DNA from: a virus | Taxonomy: Duplodnaviria > Caudoviricetes | IMG/VR virus record: IMGVR_UViG_3300049043_000054 | Location: 1-44,740 of that record | Reading direction: 5' to 3' (one strand) | Length of the DNA: 44,740 nt | Shown here: piece after piece, positions 29,224-38,390 of the stretch | How the letters are laid out: each line of letters begins with the position of its first letter | Numbering within the stretch: the stretch's first letter is position 1 | Translations under genes and position numbers: made by a program | Notes under the pieces: model-generated | Seen by the model: only the letters and a program-made list of their open reading frames with translations | Databases searched by the model: none | What the model was told of the DNA's origin: nothing

Positions 29224-30555
29224 TCACTCTCCAAAGATGCGGGGTTCTTTGATTGTCACTGACAGGGCTAAGCCCTTTGTATCTGCAATCATTGTGACAT
29301 GCTCACGCGCACGTGTGATTGCAGTGTACAGGTTCTTACGATTAAGCAGCGTGTGATGTGACTTATTGATCACATAAATCACATGCTTGTACTCGCTGCC
29401 CTGTGCTTTGTGCGTAGTCAATGCATACGCAAGATACAAGTCATTTTGTGGATAGCCAATGCGTACCTGATTGTCCACCACAGTTTGTACCGCAGGTGGG
29501 ATAGCGCATGTACGATCTTCGAAGTCAACGACAATCTCATGCAGGTCAGTGATTTCGATAACCTTACCTACCTCACCATTGAATACGCCATTAGTACCGT
29601 TACTGCATTCAAGGTCATACCAATTCTTAGCCATAACAACCTTATCACCAATGCCAACACGAATAGGTGGATCATACACTTTACCATTATATGATCTGCG
29701 CGGCACATCAATAGCCTCACGATCATCTGGCATCAGTAGCATTTGCAGCAGTGCATTTAGCTTGTGTGTACCTACCCATGACTTGTTGCCAGGAGTAAGT
29801 ATCTGATTACGCAAGCTAGTGAAGTCAGACTTCTGCAATGCATTGAGCCATTCAGGATGCAATGACTCTGCAATCACTTCGACTGGCCGATCAGTGATGA
29901 TCAAATCAAAGTCAGGCAAGCGTTGTGGTGCGCTACCTTTCAACACACGTTGAGCATTTGACAAGATACCACTATCACCTGTCTGCCTATGCACACGATC
30001 AAGACGAATACCATCAAAACGCTTGAGCAAATCATTGAACGCTGTTGGCTTAGCTGCTAAGGCAGAGTTGCTTTCAATCGGTGGAAGCTGTGACTCGTCA
30101 CCAAAGACAAGCAGTCTGCATCCTGGTGGAAATGCATCAAGCAAGTTGCGATGCAATTCTTGATTGACCATTGCATATTCATCAGCGATAACCGTATCGT
30201 ATTCGATGGGCTTCTCACGTGTTCTACGCGGCACAGTCACGCCATATGGCTTACCAGTGCGTGGGTTAATGTCACGTGGTGCTGTGTATTGTAGCAGCAT
30301 GTGGATGGTCATAGCTGGTGCGCCTGTTGCTTCACGAATACGGCGCGCGGCTTTACCAGTAGGTGCAACCAACACTGGATTGTAGCCATTCTCTTTTAGT
30401 TTCTCATAGATAGTACGCATAATTGTCGTCTTGCCACTGCCGGCAGGACCAGTAACTGCGACAATTCTGCGTGACACATCTAACGCACGTTCGACTGCCA
30501 GCTTCTGCTTCTCGTCAAACTGATCTAGTGTGATTGATGTAACTGCTTCTGACAT
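29224..30555 (-). CDS. RecD/Dda-like SF1B helicase
   Basis: GPAGSGKTT, APTGKAA, TIH.LL, DEYAMV, GDESQLPPI, HRQ, FNGEVG, AYALTTHKAQGSEY, LYTAITRA. Confidence 0.95.
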   Translation of the reverse strand: MSEAVTSITLDQFDEKQKLAVERALDVSRRIVAVTGPAGSGKTTIMRTIYEKLKENGYNPVLVAPTGKAARRIREATGAPAMTIHMLLQYTAPRDINPRTGKPYGVTVPRRTREKPIEYDTVIADEYAMVNQELHRNLLDAFPPGCRLLVFGDESQLPPIESNSALAAKPTAFNDLLKRFDGIRLDRVHRQTGDSGILSNAQRVLKGSAPQRLPDFDLIITDRPVEVIAESLHPEWLNALQKSDFTSLRNQILTPGNKSWVGTHKLNALLQMLLMPDDREAIDVPRRSYNGKVYDPPIRVGIGDKVVMAKNWYDLECSNGTNGVFNGEVGKVIEITDLHEIVVDFEDRTCAIPPAVQTVVDNQVRIGYPQNDLYLAYALTTHKAQGSEYKHVIYVINKSHHTLLNRKNLYTAITRAREHVTMIADTKGLALSVTIKEPRIFGE

Positions 30556-30564
30556 TTGTTTTCC

Positions 30565-30825
30565 TTATGGTGTTACTTGTGGATGAACGCCGGTGCTTTC
30601 TTTATGCAATGCTGCCGCGCCAAATACGCAAAGCCATCGCATTAACTCGCCGCGTGTAATGCCTAGCCTTTCTGCCTCGACATTCAGCAGCGTCAAATCT
30701 TCTTCATGCATACGCACTGCAACGCATCTACCGCTGCTATTCAGTGATGCAATGCCTCTACGAAATGACAGCTTGATTGGTTTTGGTATCGTGATTGATC
30801 CAAGACCGGATACGTTTTCATTCAT
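30565..30825 (-). CDS. Putative ribbon-helix-helix DNA-binding protein
   Basis: VAVRMHEEDLTLLNVEAERLGITRGELMR pattern. Confidence 0.6.
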   Translation of the reverse strand: MNENVSGLGSITIPKPIKLSFRRGIASLNSSGRCVAVRMHEEDLTLLNVEAERLGITRGELMRWLCVFGAAALHKESTGVHPQVTP

Positions 30826-30845
30826 TGCGGATACCTTTGCTATAC

Positions 30846-30879
30846 AAAAATAGGCGGTAACATTACTGCTACCGCCTAT
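30846..30879 (-). terminator. Rho-independent terminator
   Basis: ATAGGCGGTAGC...GTTACCGCCTAT stem followed by TTTT on the - strand. Confidence 0.8.
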
Positions 30880-30945
30880 CGTAATGTATCACACGTGTTA
30901 GCTACAAACACCGCTGCGAGAGTGTTACCACTCTATGCAATGACA

Positions 30946-31200
30946 TTACTCGTCGCCGGACTGACGTTCTTTGACTTCAACCGTGTACTTCAAAAACGGC
31001 GGAATAGTCTCACCAGTACCCATACGATCAAGGATCACGCGACCATTCATCGTAAGCGTTTGAATGTGTTCACGCGCACCATTCACGATTTCCTGGGGAG
31101 TACCGGGCTTGAACATCACATAGACCGTACGCGGGCCAAGAACGCGCTTGGCCTTTTCCTTAGCACCGGCAGTAGCGGCCTTCTGATTGGGGTTTGCCAT
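30946..31200 (-). CDS. Hypothetical basic protein (84 aa) in its own promoter/terminator unit
   Basis: AAGGA RBS, strongly biased codons, flanked by a promoter (31253-31280) and a terminator. Confidence 0.75.
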   Translation of the reverse strand: MANPNQKAATAGAKEKAKRVLGPRTVYVMFKPGTPQEIVNGAREHIQTLTMNGRVILDRMGTGETIPPFLKYTVEVKERQSGDE

Positions 31201-31252
31201 AGTCTCTTTTTCCTTTTGCTGTAGCCCTTTGGGCTTGGTTGGTAATGTGGGT

Positions 31253-31280
31253 ATCATACTATTTTTCTCCTACACGTCAA
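31253..31280 (-). promoter_or_regulatory. Sigma70-type promoter with an inverted repeat around the -35
   Basis: TTGACG-16 nt-TATGAT; ATTTTTCTC/GAGAAAAAT inverted repeat brackets the -35. Confidence 0.6.
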
Positions 31281-31283
31281 GAG

Positions 31284-31320
31284 AAAAATGCACTAGCCCA
31301 TAAAAAATATGGGCTAGTGC
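31284..31320 (-). terminator. Rho-independent terminator after the SSB-like gene
   Basis: 13-bp stem GCACTAGCCCATA/TATGGGCTAGTGC followed by ATTTTT. Confidence 0.85.
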
Positions 31321-31328
31321 CTTCGGGC

Positions 31329-31745
31329 CTAGATGGCCCGAACCGGCTTGCCACGTGCCTGATCCATGCCTTCATATTCTTCATGCGATACCGCAAGAAT
31401 AACATTCTGTGCAATGAATGCAGTCGTGTCAATCTGGTTGCTTGGCGCTACACCATGCATCAAGCAAAACTGCTTGAGCAAGTAGCGATTGCGCGGCGTT
31501 TGCACCAATGATTGAAACACAGTGAGCGTTTCACCATCAGGATTACCATCAGTATAATCCGCCGGAAACTGTGACGGATCAATGAAGTATTGTACGACAA
31601 GCATAGGCTTGCCCTTGCTGCTCAGCTTCAATTCAGCGCCACGCACTTCACCGCGATACTCACCTACAGGTAGCGGCTTCGGGCGTTCAGCATCTGCAAG
31701 TGAAGTATCCATAGTATAGACTGAACCGAGTTGTTCTTCCGACAT
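31329..31745 (-). CDS. Putative single-stranded DNA-binding protein (DUF669-like)
   Basis: PLPVGEY...AELKLSSKGKPML...V.HEEYEG pattern; downstream of the Sak4-like ATPase; AAAGGA RBS before ATG 31745. Confidence 0.7.
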   Translation of the reverse strand: MSEEQLGSVYTMDTSLADAERPKPLPVGEYRGEVRGAELKLSSKGKPMLVVQYFIDPSQFPADYTDGNPDGETLTVFQSLVQTPRNRYLLKQFCLMHGVAPSNQIDTTAFIAQNVILAVSHEEYEGMDQARGKPVRAI

Positions 31746-32163
31746 TCCAATGTCCTTTGCTGTTGATCGGAGTTTGACTTGTGACATGGTATTCTAGGAC
31801 TGTCAAGCCACCAGCCCTAGTATCTATGGGGTTACTGACCCCTGAGATATAGTTACCCTGCGATTGCGGGACGGAGGGCTGTTCCGGTTCCGGCCTTGCC
31901 ACTTGCAGGTATCGGTTAATATCGTGTCGAACACGATATACAATAAACTCCATAGCATCATGCAACAGTGTTGCAGCATGATACTCAGGAAGCAACGACT
32001 TGTGTTGTGATGCAAGCACTCGTGCATCAGCAGCAGCACGAAACGCTTGATCCAGTTGTCGCGTTGCTTTGCGCAATGCAGTCATAGCACGTTTCTGATG
32101 CTCACGTTCACAAGCATTTACGTATTGATATGGGTTGTCATTGGCATCGCTGTGACAATCCAT
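31687..32163 (-). CDS. Possible hypothetical protein; 3' part probably not coding
   Basis: Helical protein-like 5' half (32163-31910), but no clear RBS, and the 3' half runs through hairpins and overlaps the SSB-like gene. Confidence 0.35.
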   Translation of the reverse strand: MDCHSDANDNPYQYVNACEREHQKRAMTALRKATRQLDQAFRAAADARVLASQHKSLLPEYHAATLLHDAMEFIVYRVRHDINRYLQVARPEPEQPSVPQSQGNYISGVSNPIDTRAGGLTVLEYHVTSQTPINSKGHWNVGRTTRFSLYYGYFTCRC

Positions 32164-32197
32164 AGGCGCAGCACTATTAACTGCATAACCCAATGCG

Positions 32198-33022
32198 CTA
32201 GTCTCTTGGTACTGGGATTTTTGCGAAGCCGTTCGCTTCCCACGCTTTGTACCACGTTGCGATGGCATTGTCTTGGTTCCTTTCATTTGGGTTGTCTTGG
32301 TTGTACTTAACAGTGAAGAACGTGCGTTCGTCTGTCACAAACATGCGAGTACGCATTGGCCGCTTCACACCATGTGCGCGCAAGTAAATGTTACGCGCTC
32401 TACCAGTGTCCTCTACATACCAGATTTCACTGATCTTTGCAGGGATAGCAACGCTGCCTTGTCCACCAAGATTGAGCGTAATCTCAGTAGTAGTACCTGC
32501 TTCATCGCTACTTTCCTTATCATGTGCAGTCAAGATGCAATGACACTTGGTATCAGCACATACACGAAGCACCATTGTAATGAAGTCGAGGATCATTGCT
32601 GATCGAATACCGTAGCCTGTTTGTCCTGGGTGTTCGATACTAGCTTTGAAACTCTTACCACTAGCCTTGCCACTTACAATAGCGTAGTGCAATGCCATCT
32701 GACCAAATGAGGTAAGACTGTCAACGACTACGGTTTGGATACCGTGTTCGCGTATCAGTTTTAGCAAGTCATTCTCAATGACAGCACCTTGCTTGAAGGC
32801 TTCGAGTTGTGCTGACTTGTATGCAGAGAAGTCTGCCACAAGTATATCATCACTACGTACAAGTGATGCTGTACCAGCAGGATCAAATTGCATCCATAGC
32901 TTCTTGCCTGGGGCAGTAGATGCAAGCACAGTCTTACCTACACCTGGCTTACCCCATAGCAACATTGTAAGTATCTCACGGCGGCTGATAGTAGGTTGTA
33001 CTTCGATACTGCCTAGCTTCAC
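32198..33022 (-). CDS. Sak4-like AAA ATPase (single-strand annealing recombinase)
   Basis: LLWGKPGVGKT, TVVVDSLT, ILTAH motifs; between an exonuclease and an SSB-like gene. Confidence 0.8.
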   Translation of the reverse strand: MKLGSIEVQPTISRREILTMLLWGKPGVGKTVLASTAPGKKLWMQFDPAGTASLVRSDDILVADFSAYKSAQLEAFKQGAVIENDLLKLIREHGIQTVVVDSLTSFGQMALHYAIVSGKASGKSFKASIEHPGQTGYGIRSAMILDFITMVLRVCADTKCHCILTAHDKESSDEAGTTTEITLNLGGQGSVAIPAKISEIWYVEDTGRARNIYLRAHGVKRPMRTRMFVTDERTFFTVKYNQDNPNERNQDNAIATWYKAWEANGFAKIPVPRD

Positions 33023-33024
33023 GA

Positions 33025-34131
33025 TCAGTCTCCTGCTTTGTCATGCAATGGCGACCATTCATCAGTCACCATCTGTTCTAGCATATCACGCTGCTCTTGT
33101 TCATCACTAGCACAGAAGGGGATCATGCTGCATGGACGGAAGTAACGATTGCAGCTATGTGTGTGCTTAGGTGCAGTCATTGGATCGTGTTTGTACGCAT
33201 TATAGATACCTGTTGTGTACTCCAACCACTGCAACCAACGCGCCTTCATGTATCCATCACGGTACACATCTACAATGGATAAGCCATCAGATGCATAACG
33301 TGGTAACGGCAATGCAAGACCAAGCACAAGGCCACGACCAATGCTAGTGTTTGTATGCAATGATCCTGCAACACAATAGCCAGTGACTTGGTGACTCATA
33401 TCGAATGACATGCGCCATGCATCATCAAGCCGTGATGCACTCTTGTTCTCCTGGATGATTAACTCTTCACTGCCTTGCGCGGCACAATGCAATCCATCAA
33501 TACGTCCTGTATAGATGAATGGCGTTAATGCCTGTGCCTCATATTGATTGTAGCCTGCAAAGCCATCATCAGTGTACGGTTGTATCTTGATAGCAAACGG
33601 TATCTCTATACCAATGTCACTGGTAGGATCATCAACATCACGCACCCATACAGGATGGCGATTGAAGTCCCATCGTTGCACGTAGTAAAGCAGCGATGTT
33701 TCTAGGTTATTGAATGTACGGCGACGATCACTAGGATCATCAACATAACCACTCGTTGCTAGACATTCCAATGCAGCATTACGTACACATGCATCACGAT
33801 CTGGACCACGCACACCTTCAACAATGGCTGCCCATCTGTCTTTGCCAAATAGACGCTGACCATGATACAGCACATGCTCAGTCATACCTTGATACAAACT
33901 TAGTTGCATCAATCTGATCACTGCAAAGCAATCATGCAATGCGGTACCAGCTTCCAATGCCATACTCCTACCACCACCCGGCATTGCTTTGTGCATACCA
34001 TATCGCAATATGCCCCACGTTGGACACATATTAATGGCACTTAGCTTAGTATAATCCATTTTATCTAGTGTGTCAACCTCTTCTTTTGTAGCGATTGACA
34101 TCTCAATGCGTGACCAGCTATTTGTCTTCAT
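33025..34131 (-). CDS. PD-(D/E)XK (Cas4/RecB-like) exonuclease
   Basis: CP, GTALH, EIPF, GRIDG, ENKS, Q...Y, C.RYFRPCSM..FC with a four-Cys arrangement. Confidence 0.85.
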   Translation of the reverse strand: MKTNSWSRIEMSIATKEEVDTLDKMDYTKLSAINMCPTWGILRYGMHKAMPGGGRSMALEAGTALHDCFAVIRLMQLSLYQGMTEHVLYHGQRLFGKDRWAAIVEGVRGPDRDACVRNAALECLATSGYVDDPSDRRRTFNNLETSLLYYVQRWDFNRHPVWVRDVDDPTSDIGIEIPFAIKIQPYTDDGFAGYNQYEAQALTPFIYTGRIDGLHCAAQGSEELIIQENKSASRLDDAWRMSFDMSHQVTGYCVAGSLHTNTSIGRGLVLGLALPLPRYASDGLSIVDVYRDGYMKARWLQWLEYTTGIYNAYKHDPMTAPKHTHSCNRYFRPCSMIPFCASDEQEQRDMLEQMVTDEWSPLHDKAGD

Positions 34132-34402
34132 GGATTTCTCCTGTGATGGTAGGGTCACTACTTACTTCCATTGCCATCTGCTGCAAACGCTCAGCATGAT
34201 TGTTAGCTTTAGTCTGTGCTAAGTTTGCCAGCTTAGCATTGTGCAAGTTTAATGCAGCAGCAAGTTCACCTGTTGCTTGGGCTAACGTACCAATGGCTTG
34301 GCGTATTGCATGAATGTCTCCATTCATTTCAATAAGTATCTGCCCAAGCTTTTGCGGTATGTGTCCACGCAATTCACGAATGTCACGATCAGTTGTTGGC
34401 AT
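34118..34402 (-). CDS. Hypothetical coiled-coil protein
   Basis: AGGAG RBS; overlaps neighbours. Confidence 0.7.
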   Translation of the reverse strand: MPTTDRDIRELRGHIPQKLGQILIEMNGDIHAIRQAIGTLAQATGELAAALNLHNAKLANLAQTKANNHAERLQQMAMEVSSDPTITGEIHEDK

Positions 34403-34808
34403 CGTTCGCTCCTACCAATTCGTTAAGCTGCATTGCTGCGTGTGTATTAGATTGCACAAGCTGATGTGCGGCTAATGCAATGGCAGCAATCATGCTCTCT
34501 AGTGAACCATGCTTTGCCTCACCTGTGGTGACTTCATACCCCACAAGATTAGATGCAATGCTTGCTACCAGCGATGCAGTAGCAGCAATAGTCACTGATC
34601 GAGGCTGACTACTCTGCCATTCATCAGGAATTAGCGCCTTAATTGCAGCCATACCTGCTTCATTTGCAAGTGCAACACGATCAGGATTTCCATGCAAGTC
34701 ATTTTGTACCTGCACTACAATCGTTGTGGCGTGATGTGTCATACGCACAAACTCAGAGAGTGACATAAGCAGCGGAAATGGTGCGTCACTTTGTTCGTTG
34801 TCGCTCAT
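34389..34808 (-). CDS. Hypothetical protein
   Basis: AGGA RBS, ATGA coupling. Confidence 0.7.
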   Translation of the reverse strand: MSDNEQSDAPFPLLMSLSEFVRMTHHATTIVVQVQNDLHGNPDRVALANEAGMAAIKALIPDEWQSSQPRSVTIAATASLVASIASNLVGYEVTTGEAKHGSLESMIAAIALAAHQLVQSNTHAAMQLNELVGANDANN

Positions 34809-35158
34809 GTTCCTACCTTCATGTGTATGGATGGATCGTCATGGTCTAGCATTTCAAGTGCTACATTACTAGCGTCATTGATAACTAGCAAGCGTAGTCC
34901 AGCAAGTAATGCTGCGCGCTTCTCTACTTTCTCTAACGCTTTGTCTAATGCAGCAAGTTCTTTCTCCATCATCTTGCTTTGCTTATCTATCTGCTCCACC
35001 ATTCGTTGATCTTTGGCACGTTGCTTAATCTCTACAGCCTTTTGATGCGCTTCGATAGTTGCCAATCTACGTCTGCGTATGCCATCGAGATAAGCCTCTT
35101 GTTCTTGCGGCGGCATTGCAATGAATAACCGGCGCTCGAAAGGTGTGTCTCCACGCAC
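34805..35158 (-). CDS. Hypothetical coiled-coil protein
   Basis: Contiguous operon ORF with GTG start. Confidence 0.7.
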   Translation of the reverse strand: MRGDTPFERRLFIAMPPQEQEAYLDGIRRRRLATIEAHQKAVEIKQRAKDQRMVEQIDKQSKMMEKELAALDKALEKVEKRAALLAGLRLLVINDASNVALEMLDHDDPSIHMKVGT

Positions 35159-35166
35159 ACCATCAT

Positions 35167-35412
35167 CTATGTCTTTAGATATTTGTCCACCTGCGCTTTC
35201 GCTTCTGCTTCTGTCTGTTCTTCACCAGTGAATATCTGCGGCTTGAGTTGTAGTGTAACAACCCATTGCCACACACGCTTACCAGGAATATAGACAATGG
35301 TTGCACTAGCATTCTTGCGTGTGAATGTGTGCGACTTTGGTTTGATGTTTAGCTGCACTACGTCACCCATTGGTTTCATCACGTAGCCGTGCATAGATAC
35401 CGACAATGCCAA
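35167..35412 (-). CDS. Hypothetical protein
   Basis: Contiguous operon ORF; start uncertain. Confidence 0.6.
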   Translation of the reverse strand: MALSVSMHGYVMKPMGDVVQLNIKPKSHTFTRKNASATIVYIPGKRVWQWVVTLQLKPQIFTGEEQTEAEAKAQVDKYLKT

Positions 35413-35746
35413 GACTACTCAATGGTCTGCCAGTATTCTTAATGCTCTGTCCTGCACGGCGCATTGCATATGTGTTTTCGTTAGGCGCACCAACACTCAG
35501 CACATGATTGGGACACATCTTTCTGTATGTATTCAATGTATCCTCTACACCTGCTTGTGTGGTGTTAGTAATCCACTGCTCAACACCACGTAGTTTAGGT
35601 AGGCGTTCTTCTAATGACTGTGTTGGAAACACGTTTGGTAAATCTTGCTGCTCCATGTTACCTCTCCAATTTATAGTCCATGCTTCTGATATTACTTCAC
35701 CACGATCATCAATGACTATGTGATGATCGAGATTATCATTAGACAT
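35363..35746 (-). CDS. Hypothetical protein
   Basis: Contiguous operon ORF; an internal GGAGAGG RBS suggests a later start. Confidence 0.6.
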   Translation of the reverse strand: MSNDNLDHHIVIDDRGEVISEAWTINWRGNMEQQDLPNVFPTQSLEERLPKLRGVEQWITNTTQAGVEDTLNTYRKMCPNHVLSVGAPNENTYAMRRAGQSIKNTGRPLSSLGIVGIYARLRDETNG

Positions 35747-36176
35747 GCGAGGACATTTTCTCGATGTAACGATTGGCTAACTTCACCACATTCTCAGCAA
35801 TCACACGCCTCAAGTCAATGTCAAACGCACGTGAGATTAGCATTACATAGAACATAACATCACCAAGTTCTTCACGCACATGACTTACAGACAATGCACG
35901 TTGCTTGCCATACAATTCTTTCTTGAACAGGTCAAGCAGTTCTGCTGACTCAGTGCTGAGTCCAATGGCACCATGCAAACCACGTTGCCAGTCACGAGAT
36001 TTAGAACCTGGACAACCAGCAATGTAATCACCTGCACCATCAACCTGGCCCATCATCCAATCAGGAGTATTCTCTACAAGCGCATGAAACTTCATATAGG
36101 ATACAAGCAATTCATCCATTGAAGTTGTCACATTCTCTGCGCTGTGAGCAATAGCTACAGCTTCATCATAAGTCAT
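35739..36176 (-). CDS. mazG: MazG-like nucleotide pyrophosphohydrolase
   Basis: LHGAIGLSTESAELLDLFKK...REELGDVMFY...N..KL..RY; AAAGGA RBS before ATG 36176. Confidence 0.85.
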   Translation of the reverse strand: MTYDEAVAIAHSAENVTTSMDELLVSYMKFHALVENTPDWMMGQVDGAGDYIAGCPGSKSRDWQRGLHGAIGLSTESAELLDLFKKELYGKQRALSVSHVREELGDVMFYVMLISRAFDIDLRRVIAENVVKLANRYIEKMSSHV

Positions 36177-36189
36177 TGGGGATATGTCC

Positions 36190-36378
36190 TTTCTCACATG
36201 CCTTGTGATTATCACTCGGCTTTGCAATGCAGAAACCGAAGCAGTGAGTAATCCCATGGTGCGGCGACATACATCCTGCACCATGGGAGATTGCTCAACA
36301 CAGTGTAGCAGCACTGTGGAGCGTCGAGGATTACGCGGAAGGAAGTAACACGTTGCCGCCCGAGTCTCGTGTTACTTT
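36190..36378 (-). ncRNA. Candidate structured RNA / mRNA leader (4-5 hairpins) upstream of mazG
   Basis: Stems AAGTAACACG/CGTGTTACTT, CACAGTG/CACTGTG, CCCATGGTGC/GCACCATGGG (extendable) and TCGGTTT/AAAGCCGA in a ~190 nt intergenic gap. Confidence 0.5.
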
Positions 36379-36803
36379 AGTACAACAGATAGATGCGTAA
36401 TAAACCCACCATCAGTGACTTTACACGCATCAATCATTTCCTTCGCTTCGTCAACGCTGCCTAAAGCTTTAGACATTGCATTGATCAATGCTTCCTCGCT
36501 AAGCTTACGCGGCTTGGCACGTTGTTCGGCAATGACAGTTGCAACACTACTGTCATGCACAGAATGCTTGCCTTTGGATAACGGTATAGTGATCTCACGC
36601 ATGAGCGCATCACGCGCTTTCTGTTTGCGTCCCTCAGCAGCATCGCTGATAGACTTTGCAATGAAGTATTCTTGTGCAGCAGATGCAGCTACATCATTAA
36701 GTGGTGTAGTGCGAAAGCCATAGCGTGTGCCAATTAAATGCACAACGTCACTGACTTTGGATGGGATTTCTGTAGCACGGGGCGGTTTGTCTGTGTCAGA
36801 CAT
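36372..36803 (-). CDS. Hypothetical protein (143 aa)
   Basis: GAAGGA RBS before ATG 36803; own promoter. Confidence 0.75.
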   Translation of the reverse strand: MSDTDKPPRATEIPSKVSDVVHLIGTRYGFRTTPLNDVAASAAQEYFIAKSISDAAEGRKQKARDALMREITIPLSKGKHSVHDSSVATVIAEQRAKPRKLSEEALINAMSKALGSVDEAKEMIDACKVTDGGFITHLSVVLK

Positions 36804-36863
36804 TGCAATGTTCCTTCGTTGTGAATATGAAGTCAGCGACAACGATGTGTCGCTGACCTTATT

Positions 36864-36892
36864 ATACTAGCACAATCTGAGTGCTATGTCAA
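36864..36892 (-). promoter_or_regulatory. Sigma70 promoter with palindromic spacer and downstream stem-loop
   Basis: TTGACA-17-TAGTAT with extended TG; TAGCAC-N7-GTGCTA in the spacer; GTCAGCGAC/GTCGCTGAC hairpin at 36832-36857. Confidence 0.75.
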
Positions 36893-37248
36893 GTCGGTAT
36901 CTGGTCAACAACAAATTGTGCTTCAGGCGCAGGCAGCAATGCAGGCAGTTTATCAAGTCCAATCTGCTCAGACACTCTGCGAATGTGTGACGCGACGACT
37001 TCAACAAACACAGCACCCTTCGTTGTAATGTCTGGTGTACCATAGCCCCATGTATTGATGAACCATGTGCCAGCATCACAGTTATATGTGCCGTGTTCAA
37101 ACCTGTAAGTGATGCGCAAATCCTCATTGTTATCACCGAGGATTTGTGTGCGGATATACACACTGTATTGCCGCAGCTTATCACGAAACGCATGTTCAAA
37201 CTCAACATGCTTCTGCAATGCATTGACATGCTCTGGTATCATTGTCAT
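36889..37248 (-). CDS. Hypothetical protein
   Basis: AAAGGA RBS; its stop codon lies inside the next -35 box. Confidence 0.7.
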   Translation of the reverse strand: MTMIPEHVNALQKHVEFEHAFRDKLRQYSVYIRTQILGDNNEDLRITYRFEHGTYNCDAGTWFINTWGYGTPDITTKGAVFVEVVASHIRRVSEQIGLDKLPALLPAPEAQFVVDQIPT

Positions 37249-37290
37249 GTTCCTTTCGTCTGGTTGTTGTTAGTATATGGAGTGTGACCA

Positions 37291-38175
37291 TCACACCCCA
37301 ATGTCTTGCACACATGCATCAGTCACAGTCTTACGTGCTGATGAATAGCTACGCATCCAAGCATTCCATGCACCACTTGAATGTGCTTCGGCTGTGGGTT
37401 TGTCGCTACACCAAGCGCCCCACCAAGAGTTGGGGCGGTCACTGCTGATCAATGACAATGTGATGCCGAGGAATACATGCCATTGTGTGTAGTGACGACC
37501 ATCAAATGGTATTGTGCTGCGCACATCATTCATCTTGCGCTTCAAGTCCTCAAGCGTCTGATCTAAAGACCATCGCTTCTCATAGCTATCAAGCATGGAC
37601 TCAAGATAGTTAGCAATGCCAGCAAAGTCCATACGCAGGACTTCATTGTATGCTGGTAAGCCTGCATCTTTATGTCCAAACTTTGTACCGCTTGGTCGGT
37701 ACACCCCATCATTGACCACGGTTAGGAAGTCAGTGTTGATATGCAATGCACGTAGCGCATGGGACTGTGGCATTGTGAGCGAGGACTTCAAGCGGATAGT
37801 GTCATAGTTGGCACCAATGATGAAGTCAATGATGTATTGTTCCCCATCATGTGTTGTTGTGTATGACGGTGCGCCATCTGGAAACTCTGATGCAAGCGAT
37901 GTGATCGTACGCCCATCAGACATGCGTGATAGATCATCCCATACAGGATACTCACTCATTGCAGTAGCTACACCAAGGCAGCAGTAGTTATCAACAGGCT
38001 TGCCTAGTGTAGTAAAGCCATCGCACGTTTTGAATGGCATACGCCTGCGAAACAACGTGCCTTTGCCTTGCTTCCAGTTACCACTGCGCAGTTCAATGAT
38101 CCACTGCCGCACAAACTCAGGTGTGATTTCAGCGGCAAGCTTCGCATGATACGCTTCATTATGTATCTCAGACAT
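37291..38175 (-). CDS. Conserved phage hypothetical protein (W...LRSG.W.QG / YCCLGV type)
   Basis: WIIELRSGNWKQGKGTL, YCCLGV, ND...F..IA..LE pattern I recognise from phage early proteins; function unknown. Confidence 0.75.
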   Translation of the reverse strand: MSEIHNEAYHAKLAAEITPEFVRQWIIELRSGNWKQGKGTLFRRRMPFKTCDGFTTLGKPVDNYCCLGVATAMSEYPVWDDLSRMSDGRTITSLASEFPDGAPSYTTTHDGEQYIIDFIIGANYDTIRLKSSLTMPQSHALRALHINTDFLTVVNDGVYRPSGTKFGHKDAGLPAYNEVLRMDFAGIANYLESMLDSYEKRWSLDQTLEDLKRKMNDVRSTIPFDGRHYTQWHVFLGITLSLISSDRPNSWWGAWCSDKPTAEAHSSGAWNAWMRSYSSARKTVTDACVQDIGV

Positions 38176-38390
38176 TACACTACATCCTTCTCTATGGTGA
38201 GTATGTCTATCTCACCGTGCGGTCCCTCGGTTACTCGTTGGATTTGACCATCATCAAACAAGTGCAGGTATGTGTGATGCGGTGTGTGCGGGCTACCTGC
38301 TAACCACACAAGCCATCCATTAGCAACGCGCTGTAAGTGCAGTGCCTTAGTGCGTTGCAATGTGAATGAGCGCGGCTCACTCCTGCTCAT
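38175..38390 (-). CDS. Hypothetical protein
   Basis: Coupled to neighbours. Confidence 0.65.
   Translation of the reverse strand: MSRSEPRSFTLQRTKALHLQRVANGWLVWLAGSPHTPHHTYLHLFDDGQIQRVTEGPHGEIDILTIEKDVV

Noticed and set aside
31790-31806. TTGACA and TAGAAT as a promoter for the SSB-like gene
   Set aside because: The two boxes are only 4 nt apart and sit within a hairpin.
33025-34131. Cas4-like gene as part of a CRISPR system
   Set aside because: No repeat-spacer array or other cas genes; its context (Sak4-like ATPase, SSB-like gene) is a standard phage recombination module.
25763-36176. Wholesale base substitution (Z, dU or hmU genome) suggested by MazG, dNMP kinase and UDG-Pol
   Set aside because: No PurZ, dCMP deaminase, thymidylate-synthase-like or 7-deazaguanine genes were recognised, and apparently native DNA was basecalled with long intact ORFs.
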